Origin: Polymyxa betae A26-41
Taxonomy: Eukaryota > Protista > Endomyxa: Phytomyxea
Length of the DNA stretch: 35,050 nucleotides
Direction: 5' to 3'
Assembly: GCA_003693705.1 (NCBI GenBank)
Contig: RBZT01000643.1
Location: forward strand, 1 to 35,050
Of this stretch, positions 12,682 to 23,804 are shown piece after piece (positions within the stretch are counted from its first letter, which is position 1; every line of letters begins with the position of its first letter). Both the position numbers and the translations under genes were made by a program. The notes under the pieces are model-generated. The model worked only from the letters and a program-made list of their open reading frames with translations, did not search any database and was not told the DNA's origin.

Positions 12682-13200
12682 AGCATGACAGTACGCGCAG
12701 TCGACCACCAGGCAGTCGTACTGGCCCTCCCTGAGGGGCTGCGCGGAGGGCTGCGCCCCTGCTGACGACTCCTATAGGGGAAGAGCCCTAACTGTCACGG
12801 ACTGCGCGGGTCCCCTCGTCTCCCAACTATGAATGGCGAGGAGCGGCCTCCACGGAACCATTCCGATCAACTCCAAAATTCATACGTTTCTCATCTCGTC
12901 TCCGACTCCCTATTGCTTTGTTCTCTCGCCTCGCCTCACCTCCGACTTCCCTCCGACCTTCGTCTCCGCTCCGCCTCCGTCTCACCGGCACCGTTCCGTC
13001 CTTCCTACGCTCCACTCCGATCTTCTCTCCGCTCCACTCCGCTCCTCTCTCCGATCCACTCCGTACCCGCCGCTCCGCCTCCGAGGACTCCCTGACGTCG
13101 CTCCGTTGCAGGACACCAGTCCCCCGCGTCCTACCCTCCGCTCCCGAGTCATCGCACCGCTGATCTATCCAATAAAAGGGGACATTTTACTCCATACTAA
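12682..13200 (+). mobile_element. 519-bp non-coding LTR mini-retroelement (TRIM-like) in permuted single-LTR form
   Basis: Flanked by CATTG repeats (12677-81 and 13201-05); removal restores copia RRPPGEW*KTAMGMTRK in frame. Internal order: LTR-end-like agcatgaca, a 102-bp internal segment starting gtacg and ending with purine-rich aggggaagag, then TGTCACG (12793), a C-rich body and AATAAA (13171). Confidence 0.7.
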
Positions 13201-15723
13201 CATTGCGGTCTTCTACCACTCGCCAGGGGGCCGTCTTGCACGAGTGCTTGAGCGTCTAGTCTGAGAGGGCTCGTCCGTATCAGGTCGTAAATCAGGATGA
13301 TTTGTGACCGAATTGTTTGAAGTCGCATCATCGTCATCTGGATTGATTTTATTGATTTGTACAACTTGAGTTTCATTTGTGCAGGAACCCACTGGAGACA
13401 GCAGATGGAGCTCAGCGTGATCTGAAAATTGATCGGCGCTCATCGAACGCGGGCCGTCGCGGCAAAATTGAATGTAAAATCGTTTTCATTAAATTCGACA
13501 TCTCAACCGAAATTGGGTCATAAAGCAGGAAGACCTTCTGTGAACTCGCATACTCAATATGAGTCGCTTTTTGTGCTCGAAAGTCCAGCTTTGTCCACTG
13601 ATGGTCATGAATGTGTCGAAAGGCGTTACAGCGGAAAACACGTAGGTAATGCAGATCTTGGGTTTTGTGGAAAAGTGTTTCATACGGAGTGATGTGGAGA
13701 TCGAGAGAAGGTGAGCCGTCGGCTGTAAATGTGTGTTGCAGCCAGGATAGCCCAGGGGAAAAACGTTTCATTCTTTCGGCGAACCCATTTGATTTGGAAT
13801 AACCTGGAACGGTGGTTCGGTGATGTGTGCCCTTGGCCTGGAGAGATATTCTTGCTGCCTGAGACATGTACTCGCCACCATTGTCAGTTTGAAATTCCTT
13901 GATCGAGACGCCATGTCGGTTGGTGAATGCTGAAGCGAAGCATTTGAAGCTGTCAAGTTGTTCGGACTTGTGCTTGAGAAGAGCAACGGTACAGAATCTT
14001 GTGCAGTTGTCGATATAGGTGACAAAATAGATTTGGCCTTTGATTCCTGTGGTTGAGAACGGCCCCATCAGGTCTCTGACGATGAGCTCTCCCGGACATG
14101 ATGTTTTAAACGGGCTGCGCACCGGGAAAGGTTTTCTTGTCATTTTTCCCTTATACACGGCTCGCAAAACTTTGGCTTATTTTTGCTGATTTCTGATCCT
14201 AATGCTCCAATGTCACCAAGACGCCGAAAATCCTCGAAATTGGTGTGAGCGAGTCTTAGATGCCAAGTCTCAAGCGGGATCGGCTGTTTTCTTGAGCTGG
14301 CAAATGCGCCAGTTTGATGAATTGGAAGTGAATCCGGTTTTAGACGATACAGATTATCAGGGCTTTTCTTAATCTGAGCAATGACATCACCTCGAGGTGG
14401 CTGGAAGTCCTTGTCACTGAAAGGATAGGAGAAATTTTAGACCGAGGCATGTGGCTTGACCGGGCGAGTATAAATTCGTTCCAAGGTTGGGTACACCGAA
14501 AACATCACTTAATTTCAGCTGACTTCGGGAAAGAGTAATTGAGAACTTCCCACGTTCAGAAGCATGTATTAGTGAATTGTCTCTGAGCTGTACGACGAGA
14601 TTACTGTGTAGTGACTCAAAGGCAGAAATCGGTGACGAATCAAAAGTCATGTGATTGGAGCAGCCGGTGTCAAAACACCAATCCGAGTCTTTGGGCGAAA
14701 TGCGACTTGGTGCAGATGACGCTGAGAATTAGGATGAAAATTGTTATGTTTTATCAGATTCATTTTTAACCTTGCGTGACTTCCAGTCAGCCGGACGAAG
14801 GTGCGGGTGCTGTGTGTAGTATTGCTCATTGGAATGTGACATGTGAGGATGAACACGGCAGCGGCTGCGTTTTGTCGTGGCTTGTGCTTGCAAAATGACC
14901 GACTCTTGACCTTAACGGCCTTCCTCATTTAACAGAATAGCAGTGATCTTGGTAAGAGTTAGCTTGTCAACATCATGAAAATCAAGTGCACTTGCAACAC
15001 CAGCAAACCGAACATCCAAATTCATAATCACTAGAGCAGCGATTAGTTTGTTAGAGACTTCAATGCCGCTGCCGTTAAGTTCTCGGGCAAGATAAAAAAC
15101 GGTTGGTGCGACAACATATTTTGGAGGGGATCGAACCTGCCAACGATTCAGCAACCTGATCTCCGCGAAATAGGGGAGATTCTTGTGATCGCACGAACGC
15201 TTCGACGATCGCCAATAATTCCTTGTCGGGGGTGATGTAGTTTATTTCGGCGGGATTAAGATTTCTGGAGAGGAATGCCATTGGGTGACGCTTGGCATCT
15301 TCCTCAGGCTGTGATAGAACCATTCCAAATGCGAAGTCAGACGGGACGGTCTCGAGATAACATTGCCGGTCGGATGTGAAAATGGGCGAGTATGGGTGCT
15401 TTACAGAACTCCGTTTCCAATCTCCTTAAAGCAAAAGTCGGCTAATGTTGTCCAGACGATGATTTCGGTCCTTTTGCTCAGGTCGTGCAACGGTTTAACG
15501 ATCTCAGCGTTTCCCTTGTTGAAAGTCTGAAGAGGATTTGTCTTCTGACTTGAACTACGAATATTGATCCTGCGGTTAGACAACCAATAACAGAATGAAC
15601 TGCATTATTATGAAATGAGAATTATATAGGATAAAGCATACTAGGGGACTTCCATAGTGTCAAAACTCCGCGGCGGACTTTCCACCTACCAGTGTTCTTG
15701 CCACTCTCCACAGTGTCAGCCGG

Positions 15724-18222
15724 TAGGGTTGATTAGTCGACTAAGTTGGCTCAAGTCGACTAGAGAGATGTCTAGTGACTACAAGCCGACTAAAGCAAAT
15801 GATTAGTCACTACAAGTCGAATGAGATGAATCTTGCGTACAGAATATCCGTCACGGGATTGCGGACTTGGAAGCTTGGAATTGGCAAATTGGGACAGTCC
15901 AGAGTCCCGTAGTTGGTCGACCGACGAGCTGCGCTTGTCAAGCCATGTCGTCTGCGGCGCCGTCAGACATTTGTAGCGAGCCGGTCGATCTGAGCTGCAT
16001 TACCGAAGATGAAAACGACGATAACACTGCCAGGGTGTCTTCGCACTCGCAAACCCCATCTCGAAACAGCTCCAGACAATCCGATGTCTTCGCATACATC
16101 CACGAAGATCTATTAGACAGTGACAAGCCATGGCTCTGCACCATTTGCAAGGAAAACAAGCTGGATCAAAAATGGGAGACCAAGAATACAGGGAATTTCG
16201 GGCTGTACCTGCGCCAAAAGCATTCCGAGATATATCAACCTGCGCAAAACATTCAAGCAAGCATGAAGCACTTTTTCAAGTCTACAAATCCTCTGAAACG
16301 TAAATTCAATTCCTCGAGCATGTCTTCTGCCGAAAAACAGTATGCAGACCGAAAGCTTTGCGACTGGATTGTAAACCATTCCCAACCATTTAAGGTAGTA
16401 GAGCAAAGTGATTTCATCGAATTCTGTGAGGCCCTGAGAGAAGAATATGTGCTACCTAAACGCAGCACTGTACGAGATCGCATCATGAAGAGATGGGCTG
16501 ATTTGAAGTCGTCCGTGAGAGCACAATTACTAAAGGATCTTGCTGATCGTAGATTGGGATTAACAACGGATATGTGGACATCAGCAGCTAAACGCGGTTA
16601 CATGGTAGTCACCGCCCACTATGTCGATCATGCATGGGAAATGAAATCTGTTTTAATCAGTCAGGGTTCTGTATCCCCAAAGTGGTGGCTCGGTGACCAT
16701 CTACTAGCCGCAGCTGTGGACATGGATTCCAGACTACAGAGCTCGGTTTGGGCTCTGACTACAGAAAACGCCTCCAACAACGAGATAATGTGTCAGCGGA
16801 TTAACAGCCGGCTACAAGATCTCATTGATGAAGCAAATATCTCCGCAATTCCTGACGAGGCATCAGCAGATCACCATCAAACTACGATGTACACAATGGG
16901 TGGTGGATCGGGGGTTGCGAATACAGCTTTTCTTCTGTCCTGAATGGCCCAAACTTTGCAGCTTGGCATCAAACATGGAATGTTGTGCTGTCGAAATCTT
17001 GATGTTGCTATCGGTCGTTTTCGGGATACCATCAAAAAATTTTCGACTCACCAAAGCTGTTGGAGGCTTTGAAGGCGTTATGTACCTCTCTCAATATAAC
17101 TTGGCGAAACCTCGAGTTGGACGTCGAATTTCTATGGAACAGTACATGGTCTATGCTGAATTCCTTTGTCCTGCTACGAACATCAATTGAAGAGCTTCTT
17201 AGAAGAATTCGAGAGCGCCATGTAAGTTACTGTGAATTTACCATTGCACCTACTGATCCTCTGGCTTCTGAAATTCCTGCTGAAATCTGGTATGCTGTTC
17301 AAGACTTTTGCAATTTTCTTCAACCATTTAAAGACGCCACTGTTCTCCTGTCTGCATCACATTATCCGACTTTGGGAATGTCACTTCCTGTAATCTTTAC
17401 CATTCTCCAGCACGTCAAAAAGTCAATTCAAGCTGCGAATGGCTTTAAATCTATATTGGCCATCAAATTCGCGAAAGCCGTTCAGGATAAAATGGAGTCT
17501 TACTATGATAAGATCAACCAGAGCCATGTTCAGATCGCAGCAGCGCTAGATCCGCGCATCAAAGGATATCTCAACAAAATGGGCCTTTCCCAATCAACTG
17601 TTATATTTCTGGTCTTACGCGAATATGAGGCCTTTTACAGAGCTCAATACGAGTGTTATTCCGCAAGAAAGCAAGCTGTTGAGACTGCCGAGGCCCAAAG
17701 TGGGAATGCGGGCACTTTAATGAATAGTTTTATGGATGTATTCGACGAAGATGAAGGAAAAGCAGTGGTGATGCTCAGTCGCTTGAACCATTTCAAAACG
17801 AACTAGAACGTTGGTTCTCTTATGCCCCAATGAAATTGGATCAAAGCTCCCACGATGTTTTAATGTGGTTTTAGCTCAATTTGGCGTTATTTCCCTGGGT
17901 GGCGTTTATGGCAAGGGGCTATCTAGGAGTAACAGCCACTTCAGTTCCGAGTGAGGTGGCTTTTTCACGCTCTGGAACGGTTGTCAGCAAAACACGTGCA
18001 CGGCTGGGCGACGATGCTGTGCAAGCAATTTGCGAAATGAAGTCATTTCTCAGTTTTTTGAAGTAGATTTTAAATAAAAAGCTGAACTTTTGTTTACTCG
18101 TTTTTAGTCGACTTTAGTCGACTTGAGTCAACTAGAAGATATGTTGAGTGACTAGAAGTCGACTGGGCACTGTCGACTGTAGTCGACTGTAGTCGACTAT
18201 ATAGTCGAATCTGACACCCCTA
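15724..18222 (+). mobile_element. hAT (Ac-like) DNA transposon 2, full length and degraded
   Basis: Ends taggg / cccta; flanks cagccgg (15717-23) and cagcccgg (18223-30), read as an 8-bp TSD with a 1-nt indel; (t)agtcgact subterminal repeats clustered at both ends. Confidence 0.88.
15945..18066 (+). pseudogene. hAT/Ac-like (ZBED-type) transposase
   Basis: BED finger CTICK..TGNF..LRQKH; QPFKVVE..F; LTTDMWTS..YMVVTAHYVD; TENASNN; LWNSTWSML; YPTL; LDPRIK; FP..ARGYLGVTATSVPSEVAFS. Several frameshifts and stops. Confidence 0.93.
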
Positions 18223-21200
18223 CAGCCCGGTCTCTCTTGTTCACCCTCGGAACTCAGGTTCGCCCGCCCTTCCTTGTAATGAACGACTGGCTGGTCCCAG
18301 TTGCCAGGAGTTGCAGCCCTTACTGAGGTCACCGGTGCATTTCCAACATTTCTTGAAAAAATCCCATCCTTCAATTGCTCTCCTCGAACATCATTCGGAG
18401 CTGCCCATGTTCGGATTATCTCGGTCTTTCTTGGGCCCATATTGATGAAATTATTCGAAACGACCCACCCTAACGTTCGGCCTGGTACACATCAAATGCG
18501 CACATTTCCAGTTTCACATACAGGCCTCCTCCGCTCAATATTCCCAATACGGACCAGTCTTTCCTTGTAAGCTGCTCTGCGTTCTCGGAGATTAACAAGT
18601 CGTCAGATATATCATCACAAATTTCTCAATGTATTCTCGGAACAAGTCGTTCATCAACATTTGGAAGGACGCGGGCGCGTTCATAAGTCCGAATGGCATC
18701 ACTGTATTCGACATGGTCATATTTGCGGAGAATGGGGTCTTCCAGTCGTCTCTGGCCTTCATCCGGACAAGTTTGTATGCTCTGGTAAAGATCATGGCAG
18801 CCCTGAGATGACGAAAGATACTTCTGGTGATCACTTATAAGTACAGCTCGCGTTTCTTACTCTCATTCAGTCCTTATAGTCCTAGCAAAGTTGGAGGCTC
18901 TCGTCCTTGTTCCCTGTGAACCGAATTGGCTGGCCGAATGACGACTTGGAAAAGCGAACGAAGCCTTTTTTGCGATTTTCTTCTAGGCACTCTCTTAACG
19001 CGGCTTTCTCTTTGAGACAGAGGAGATACAGGCACCGCCTTGGTAGCTAGACGTCGTGCCCGATCAGTTTTATTCCGCAGTCCGAAGATCGATGAAGCGG
19101 CACTGGGTCTGCAGACGACTTGCAGTCGAAGACGCCTGCGTATTCTTTGTAGTTCTAGGGGACAGATGCTGGTGCTGCTCAATTCGAGCTTGGCTGGTTA
19201 GCGGAAATCTTGATTCAATCTTGAACGTCTGTGGACTTGCCCAGCTAAGTTTTCCAGTCCGATGTCGGACGTGGAATGATCATGCTCTTGTTCCAATTGA
19301 TGTCGGCGTCGATATTTTTGAGAACGTTGGCTCCGATAATTATAGGGGAATGCGGAGAATCCATCAGCAGCAACCTTGTTATGATCTTGATGCTATTAAC
19401 GTCCAACTGGCAGTCAGTGGTATCATACAGGACGGGCTCCAGCTTCCTGCCATTAATTGATTCTATTGAAATCGGTGTCGAAACTCTTCGTATCGTGATC
19501 GGCTGATTCCTGCAGAATCTTCGATCGATGAGAATCACCCAGGCTCCCGAGTCGATGAGAGCTTAGGAGGTGATTGCCCCAGTTTGCGCCCAACGGAGGG
19601 TGATCTTCGGATTGAGGGGGTGAGAACGCAGTCAGATGACGGCAAGGGAAGTAATGCTCGATGTTATCCTCTGTACTCATACGAGCTCTGTATTCTTGGC
19701 TGGCATGGTGCACCGGACAGTCCATTCGGAGAGGTGGCCGCGTCGGCTGTACTTGCAAAGTCCTTGGGCACAGCGGCGGTTGCTCTTCGCAGAATCAATG
19801 CTATGGCGGGAGCCTCTGCTGGGCTACGCAACGTCAACGATCATGGGATCGTAGTCCGGACCGCGGCTGGCAGTGTTTGGTGTGGTCACCGCTGCCGCAG
19901 TGCTTCCTTGGCGCCGGCTACACCCGAGCTTGCTTGGTTGTTCCAGGCGTTCTGGTGCATCATTAGTGAAGGTTCGCTGCACGAGGCGTCGCTCTTGCAG
20001 TCTGACATCGGCTTGAATGGGGTTACTGAACAGGTCCCTGCGTGATTGGCTGTCGGAAACATGAACAGCTAATTTCAAAAGTCTGGGTTTTATCATGGGC
20101 GAAATCGTGGAATCGGGCTGCGATGTCGTCCCAACCGTCTTCGGCTAGGATCAGCTGAAACGTCGGATCGACGTCCTTGTCGGAGATCACTGAGTCGCGC
20201 GGCGGGGTTTGCTGCTTGAAGAGGGTCGGTTGAAACGGGCCAATAGACCTTCGATGAAGTCTTGTGAATCGTCGATGGTCGCGCTGTGCTGTTCGTTGAG
20301 AGGGCGGAACCTGTTCAAGGCCGCTCCAGTCAGCAAGGACGCCGCCGCGGCGACGATCTTTTGGAAAGGATGATGGCTGTTGTTCGACAACTGTAATAAA
20401 CATACCTAGAGAGATTTGCTCTGTGCAATCGGAAGTCGTCAAACATTGGATACATAGTCTGTTGATGTGGATCCTATACTTGAGCCACCGTCGTGGAGCC
20501 ATGTGACGACGACATGAATGGAATAACGGCCCAAGGCATGCTCCACAATGAAAAGGTCCCATAATATCATCGCCCCGTAGTTTCTGTATATTATCAACTT
20601 TATAAATAAACAGCAATTATTGAGAGGAAATAAAGGCCGTGCTGCATTGAACGAGAGATCGAGGTACCTTAGCCATTCTTCACAAACAGAATTTCAAAGC
20701 AGCAGTCCACGTCGCTTCGCTTCTACATAGTCAATAACAGTGAACGGATATGGTAGGTAAGGAGTTCAAACCGATACGATAACTTCTCTAAAAGAGCTGT
20801 TTGCTCCTCGACCAGAATCCTGAGTCAAACAATCGAACACCTCTGACGGCATGGCACTCAACAGCTGAAATCTTAGGTAACAAAGCCTTCATCCACTGTA
20901 GAAAGAAAAAACAGAGTCGCCTTTTGAATGCCCAGTGGCATCGTACACTCGCATTATCAACCATGAGAATGCCTCCAACTTGCTCCAGTAAAGTTGGTCT
21001 GAAATAACAGATTGAAGTTGAAAAGCAATATTTAAATCACGGTGTCCTTCAAGAGCAGCAGAACGTAGCCGGATTAAACTGATTTTGGTTTTCAAACGAT
21101 TCATGAGCATCTTCTATGAAGATGTCTTCCAGGTCTTACTGAAGGAGAAAAGTTGGGAATTCGAGAACCGCAGCATATTTCATGCAGATCATTGTTTTAC

Positions 21201-21792
21201 GGCACAGTTTGTACCAGAGTACGGAGTGGGGTTACCCCTTCCTATAGAGTTTCAACTATCGCTCTCGCTCATGCCGGAAGGCCAATGTGCTCCTATCTGC
21301 CATGGAGCGTCCTTAGATCCCCAGCAGAGTATCAAGGATCATCTCGAGAGGTTTCACCTACCCGAAACGACTGCTGAGAATAGCGGCGGTCGCAGCGGGG
21401 GCTCTCGAGCTAAAATCTGTAATCATGCTATATCTAGAGTTAATGTCACTGCCTATCCAGCTGCGATGGATCCCTGTGCACGCAGACGATCAGGTTGGAC
21501 AAAGGCTCTTATCATTGTGTTTATTTTATACGCCACATATGACGAAATTCTGAACGACGTGTATGATCGACTTTTACCTTATCCGACGTGGCAGCTAGTG
21601 CAATACAAAGCTAGCTACTGCAGACGGAGCCATTATTCTACCGGACACAAATTTTGCCAATCTCCTATCAACTTGGGCAGTCGAGGTGGAAAAATGCATT
21701 GTGGCTGCTCGGCATTGAAGAATGCTGGATAGTTAACAAAACAACACTGATGACGATACAAGGGCTTTGTAAACAATGTCGAATATAAGGAG

Positions 21793-23066
21793 ATGGTCAA
21801 GCTCCATCACCTATTATATTAGGGAACCTGAGTTGCGACCATTGGGTTCTTATCGATTCTGCTCGAAGATATCCATGTTGCTGCACAAGCCTGTAGTCTA
21901 GCGTCGGAAGTCATCATGAACGACTGCAATTCACGATTCGAGCGAGATTTCAGCGTTTTTCCTTTTCTGCCGGCTCTAGATTTCTTGGATCAGATCAATG
22001 CAGGCCATGAGTCTATATTTCGCAATATTACTGGATTTACGATTGAAGAGTTTCAGGAGCTTTGCAGAATTATGGTTCCTCATATTCTGGTGAATGCTCG
22101 GTCGACAGGAGAGCAGCGAGAGAAGGAAGGTAGAAAACCGAAATTGACGCCTCAGCAGAGACTGCTGAACTGCATCTTGTTTCTCAAAAAGTATATCGCA
22201 ATGCCATTTCAGTACCTGAATAAAAATAAAGTCATTTTTTAGGAGCAAACTGTGAGAGATGAATCAGCCAGAATGAACGCTTCTCGTACCTCGCTTTCTG
22301 ATGATGCTTTCTTCGTATGTAATCTAATCTGCCAATATATGGCTGATGAAGTTTCATGGCCGACTCAAGAAAGAAGGAGAATGTTAGCACAAATCGAACC
22401 ATTCTTTTTTGGATGCATCGGATTTATCGATGGAACACTTGTAAAGATCAAGAGCCCTAGCGATCTGAAAGGGGCAGACGCCAATCGATTTTACATAAGA
22501 CTTTAGAAAATTTATGCATTCAACAATACTATCGTAGATGATCATGAAGGCTTTATCATATATGTTGATGAAGGCTATCCCGGATCATACCATGATGTCA
22601 CCATCCTACGTGGATCTAGTTTTATAAGGATTGGATGAATATCTTTTCTCGACAAGGCGAATATGTGGAGTACTTGCTTGGTGACCGTAATTTGTCTTTT
22701 GGTGTGGTATTTTCTTTTATTAAGACTCGCGATTTAGCTGGATATGTACTTGGGCGCTGAAATGTTTATAATGAGGCGGGTCGATGGCAGGGAGAATATA
22801 GGTGTCGTTGGCCCTGCACTCGAAGCTTACAACAAACGACACGCCGGCAAGAGGATCGCTGTTGAATGGGGAATAGGCGGGCTCAAGATGAAATGGAAGA
22901 TTCGTAGAGGTACGTTCACTATGCGTCGTTGGAAGTTCGCAACGGTCTTCCGATGTTGTTGCATTCTGACAATTTTATACACCGACATCGTAAGGAATTC
23001 GGGATTGACGATCTAGGAGATGTTCAAGGGGGCGCATGGGATGGAGACGTCTTGAAAGGGGAATAA
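21793..23066 (+). pseudogene. PIF/Harbinger-superfamily transposase 2 (HTH_Tnp_4 plus DDE_Tnp_4), intron-containing and degraded
   Basis: FRNITGFTIEEF; KLTPQQRLLNCILFLK; GCIGFIDGT; GYPGSYHD; LLGDPGY restored by a 51-nt intron at 22687-22737; YNKRHAGKRIAVEWGIGGLKMKW. A probable further intron lies at 22191-22242 but needs a 1-nt indel to keep frame. Confidence 0.9.
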
Positions 23067-23804
23067 AGATTTGGGTTTAATGACAGATGTTGATCAGTTT
23101 CGACTGAATAGTTTCTTAGCTATGCTTTCAAATTGTCCTTCGGTAATTAGCCCAAGGCGTCGCTTCGTCTCTAACCTATCCACTTCGTCTTTCATCAATC
23201 CGTTTTCACGCCGCTTGATATTCTATTCGAATGTCTCTTTGAAAAAGCGGTGCTTTTCGCTGGATTCGTTGTAGAAACGATTTCGTTGTGCCTGGCCTTC
23301 CTTCAGGGAAGTTGCAATACCTTCTATTGCGAGAGCCGTTCGAATTAAACAATCTTTCTTAGTCTTGGGCTCATTGTCGATGCTGCCCGAATCTTCATCG
23401 CCTTCATTGTCTGATTGAGGGCGCTTGGGACGTTTTCGTTGCGCACGACTGAATTCGGCGCTAGCTATCAGCTCATGGCGCTTCATCTGAATAACTTTGG
23501 AATGGTAGACATCGGACGATTCCATCTTCAGACGACCAATGACTAATACATCTTGCAATTCGGGTTTGGAGTCACCATCAGGATTTGCTGTTCCTGTATC
23601 GTGAGTCTTTAAGAAACTTCGTAGGTTATCTTTCAAAGTTCGCTCTTGCTTGATGTTCGGATCAAGATTTGGGAAACTTTCTTTCAGATCGACCAATATA
23701 ATTTCCCAGACCTTTTAGGAATCAGCTGACCAGGTCTATTCTTTCGCGCTGATGCATGATTGAATATCAGACAGCGAATGAACCAGGACAGACGCTTACT
23801 TCGG

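Larger units (their letters stand above)
8243..15130 (-). mobile_element. Ty1/copia LTR retrotransposon, 5'-truncated and degraded, with three nested insertions
   Basis: Domain order is gag (UBN2-like, 14912-15130), protease WCFDTGCSNHMT (~14645-14685), GAG-pre-integrase WHLRLAH (~14245-14265), integrase (13412-14167: DLMGPF, TDNGGEY, NGFAER), RT (CKWVF, FKARFVVKG, DYDETFAPV, GVHVDDIL), RNase H (8683-9306: FSDANWAGD, RRSTIGY, EAEY, RTKHIEV), then PPT and LTR. Confidence 0.95.
15131..20395 (-). mobile_element. Ty3/gypsy (chromovirus-like) gag-pol fragment, degraded, no LTRs found
   Basis: gag KIVAAAASLLTGAA, DPMIVD and a degenerate zinc knuckle (~19715-19765); protease LIDSGA (~19542-19559); RT VMPFGLMNAPASFQMLMN, VMIYL, GLYVKLEMCAF, PRKTEIIRTWAAP; after the interruption KPLHDL, then RNase H HPMAFLSRNLNPAEINY..DKELLAIV and DHKNLPYF. 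Confidence 0.92.

Noticed and set aside
12730-12790. Hammerhead or HDV-like ribozyme (retrozyme) in the mini-element
   Set aside because: CTGACGA and a short stem are present, but they are followed by GAAG rather than GAAA and there is no correctly placed UH. The G-U-closed P1-like stem lacks a P3/L3 domain for an HDV fold.
12827-13264. Overlapping Pro/Ser/Arg-rich ORFs
   Set aside because: By-products of the C-rich ctccg-repeat LTR body, which is stop-poor in several frames.
15131-15720. 5' LTR of the copia element
   Set aside because: No sequence matching 8243-8518 was seen. The region is gypsy RT/RNase H and unidentified DNA, so the copia TSD cannot be tested.
18105-18210. CRISPR-like array of agtcgact repeats
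   Set aside because: The repeats are only 8-9 bp with irregular short spacers, are mirrored at the other hAT end, lie in a eukaryotic context, and have no cas genes.
21819-21830. TTA+GGG as the left end of Harbinger 2
   Set aside because: It lies inside the probable 5' part of the transposase frame (ATG 21793), and no matching right TIR was found.
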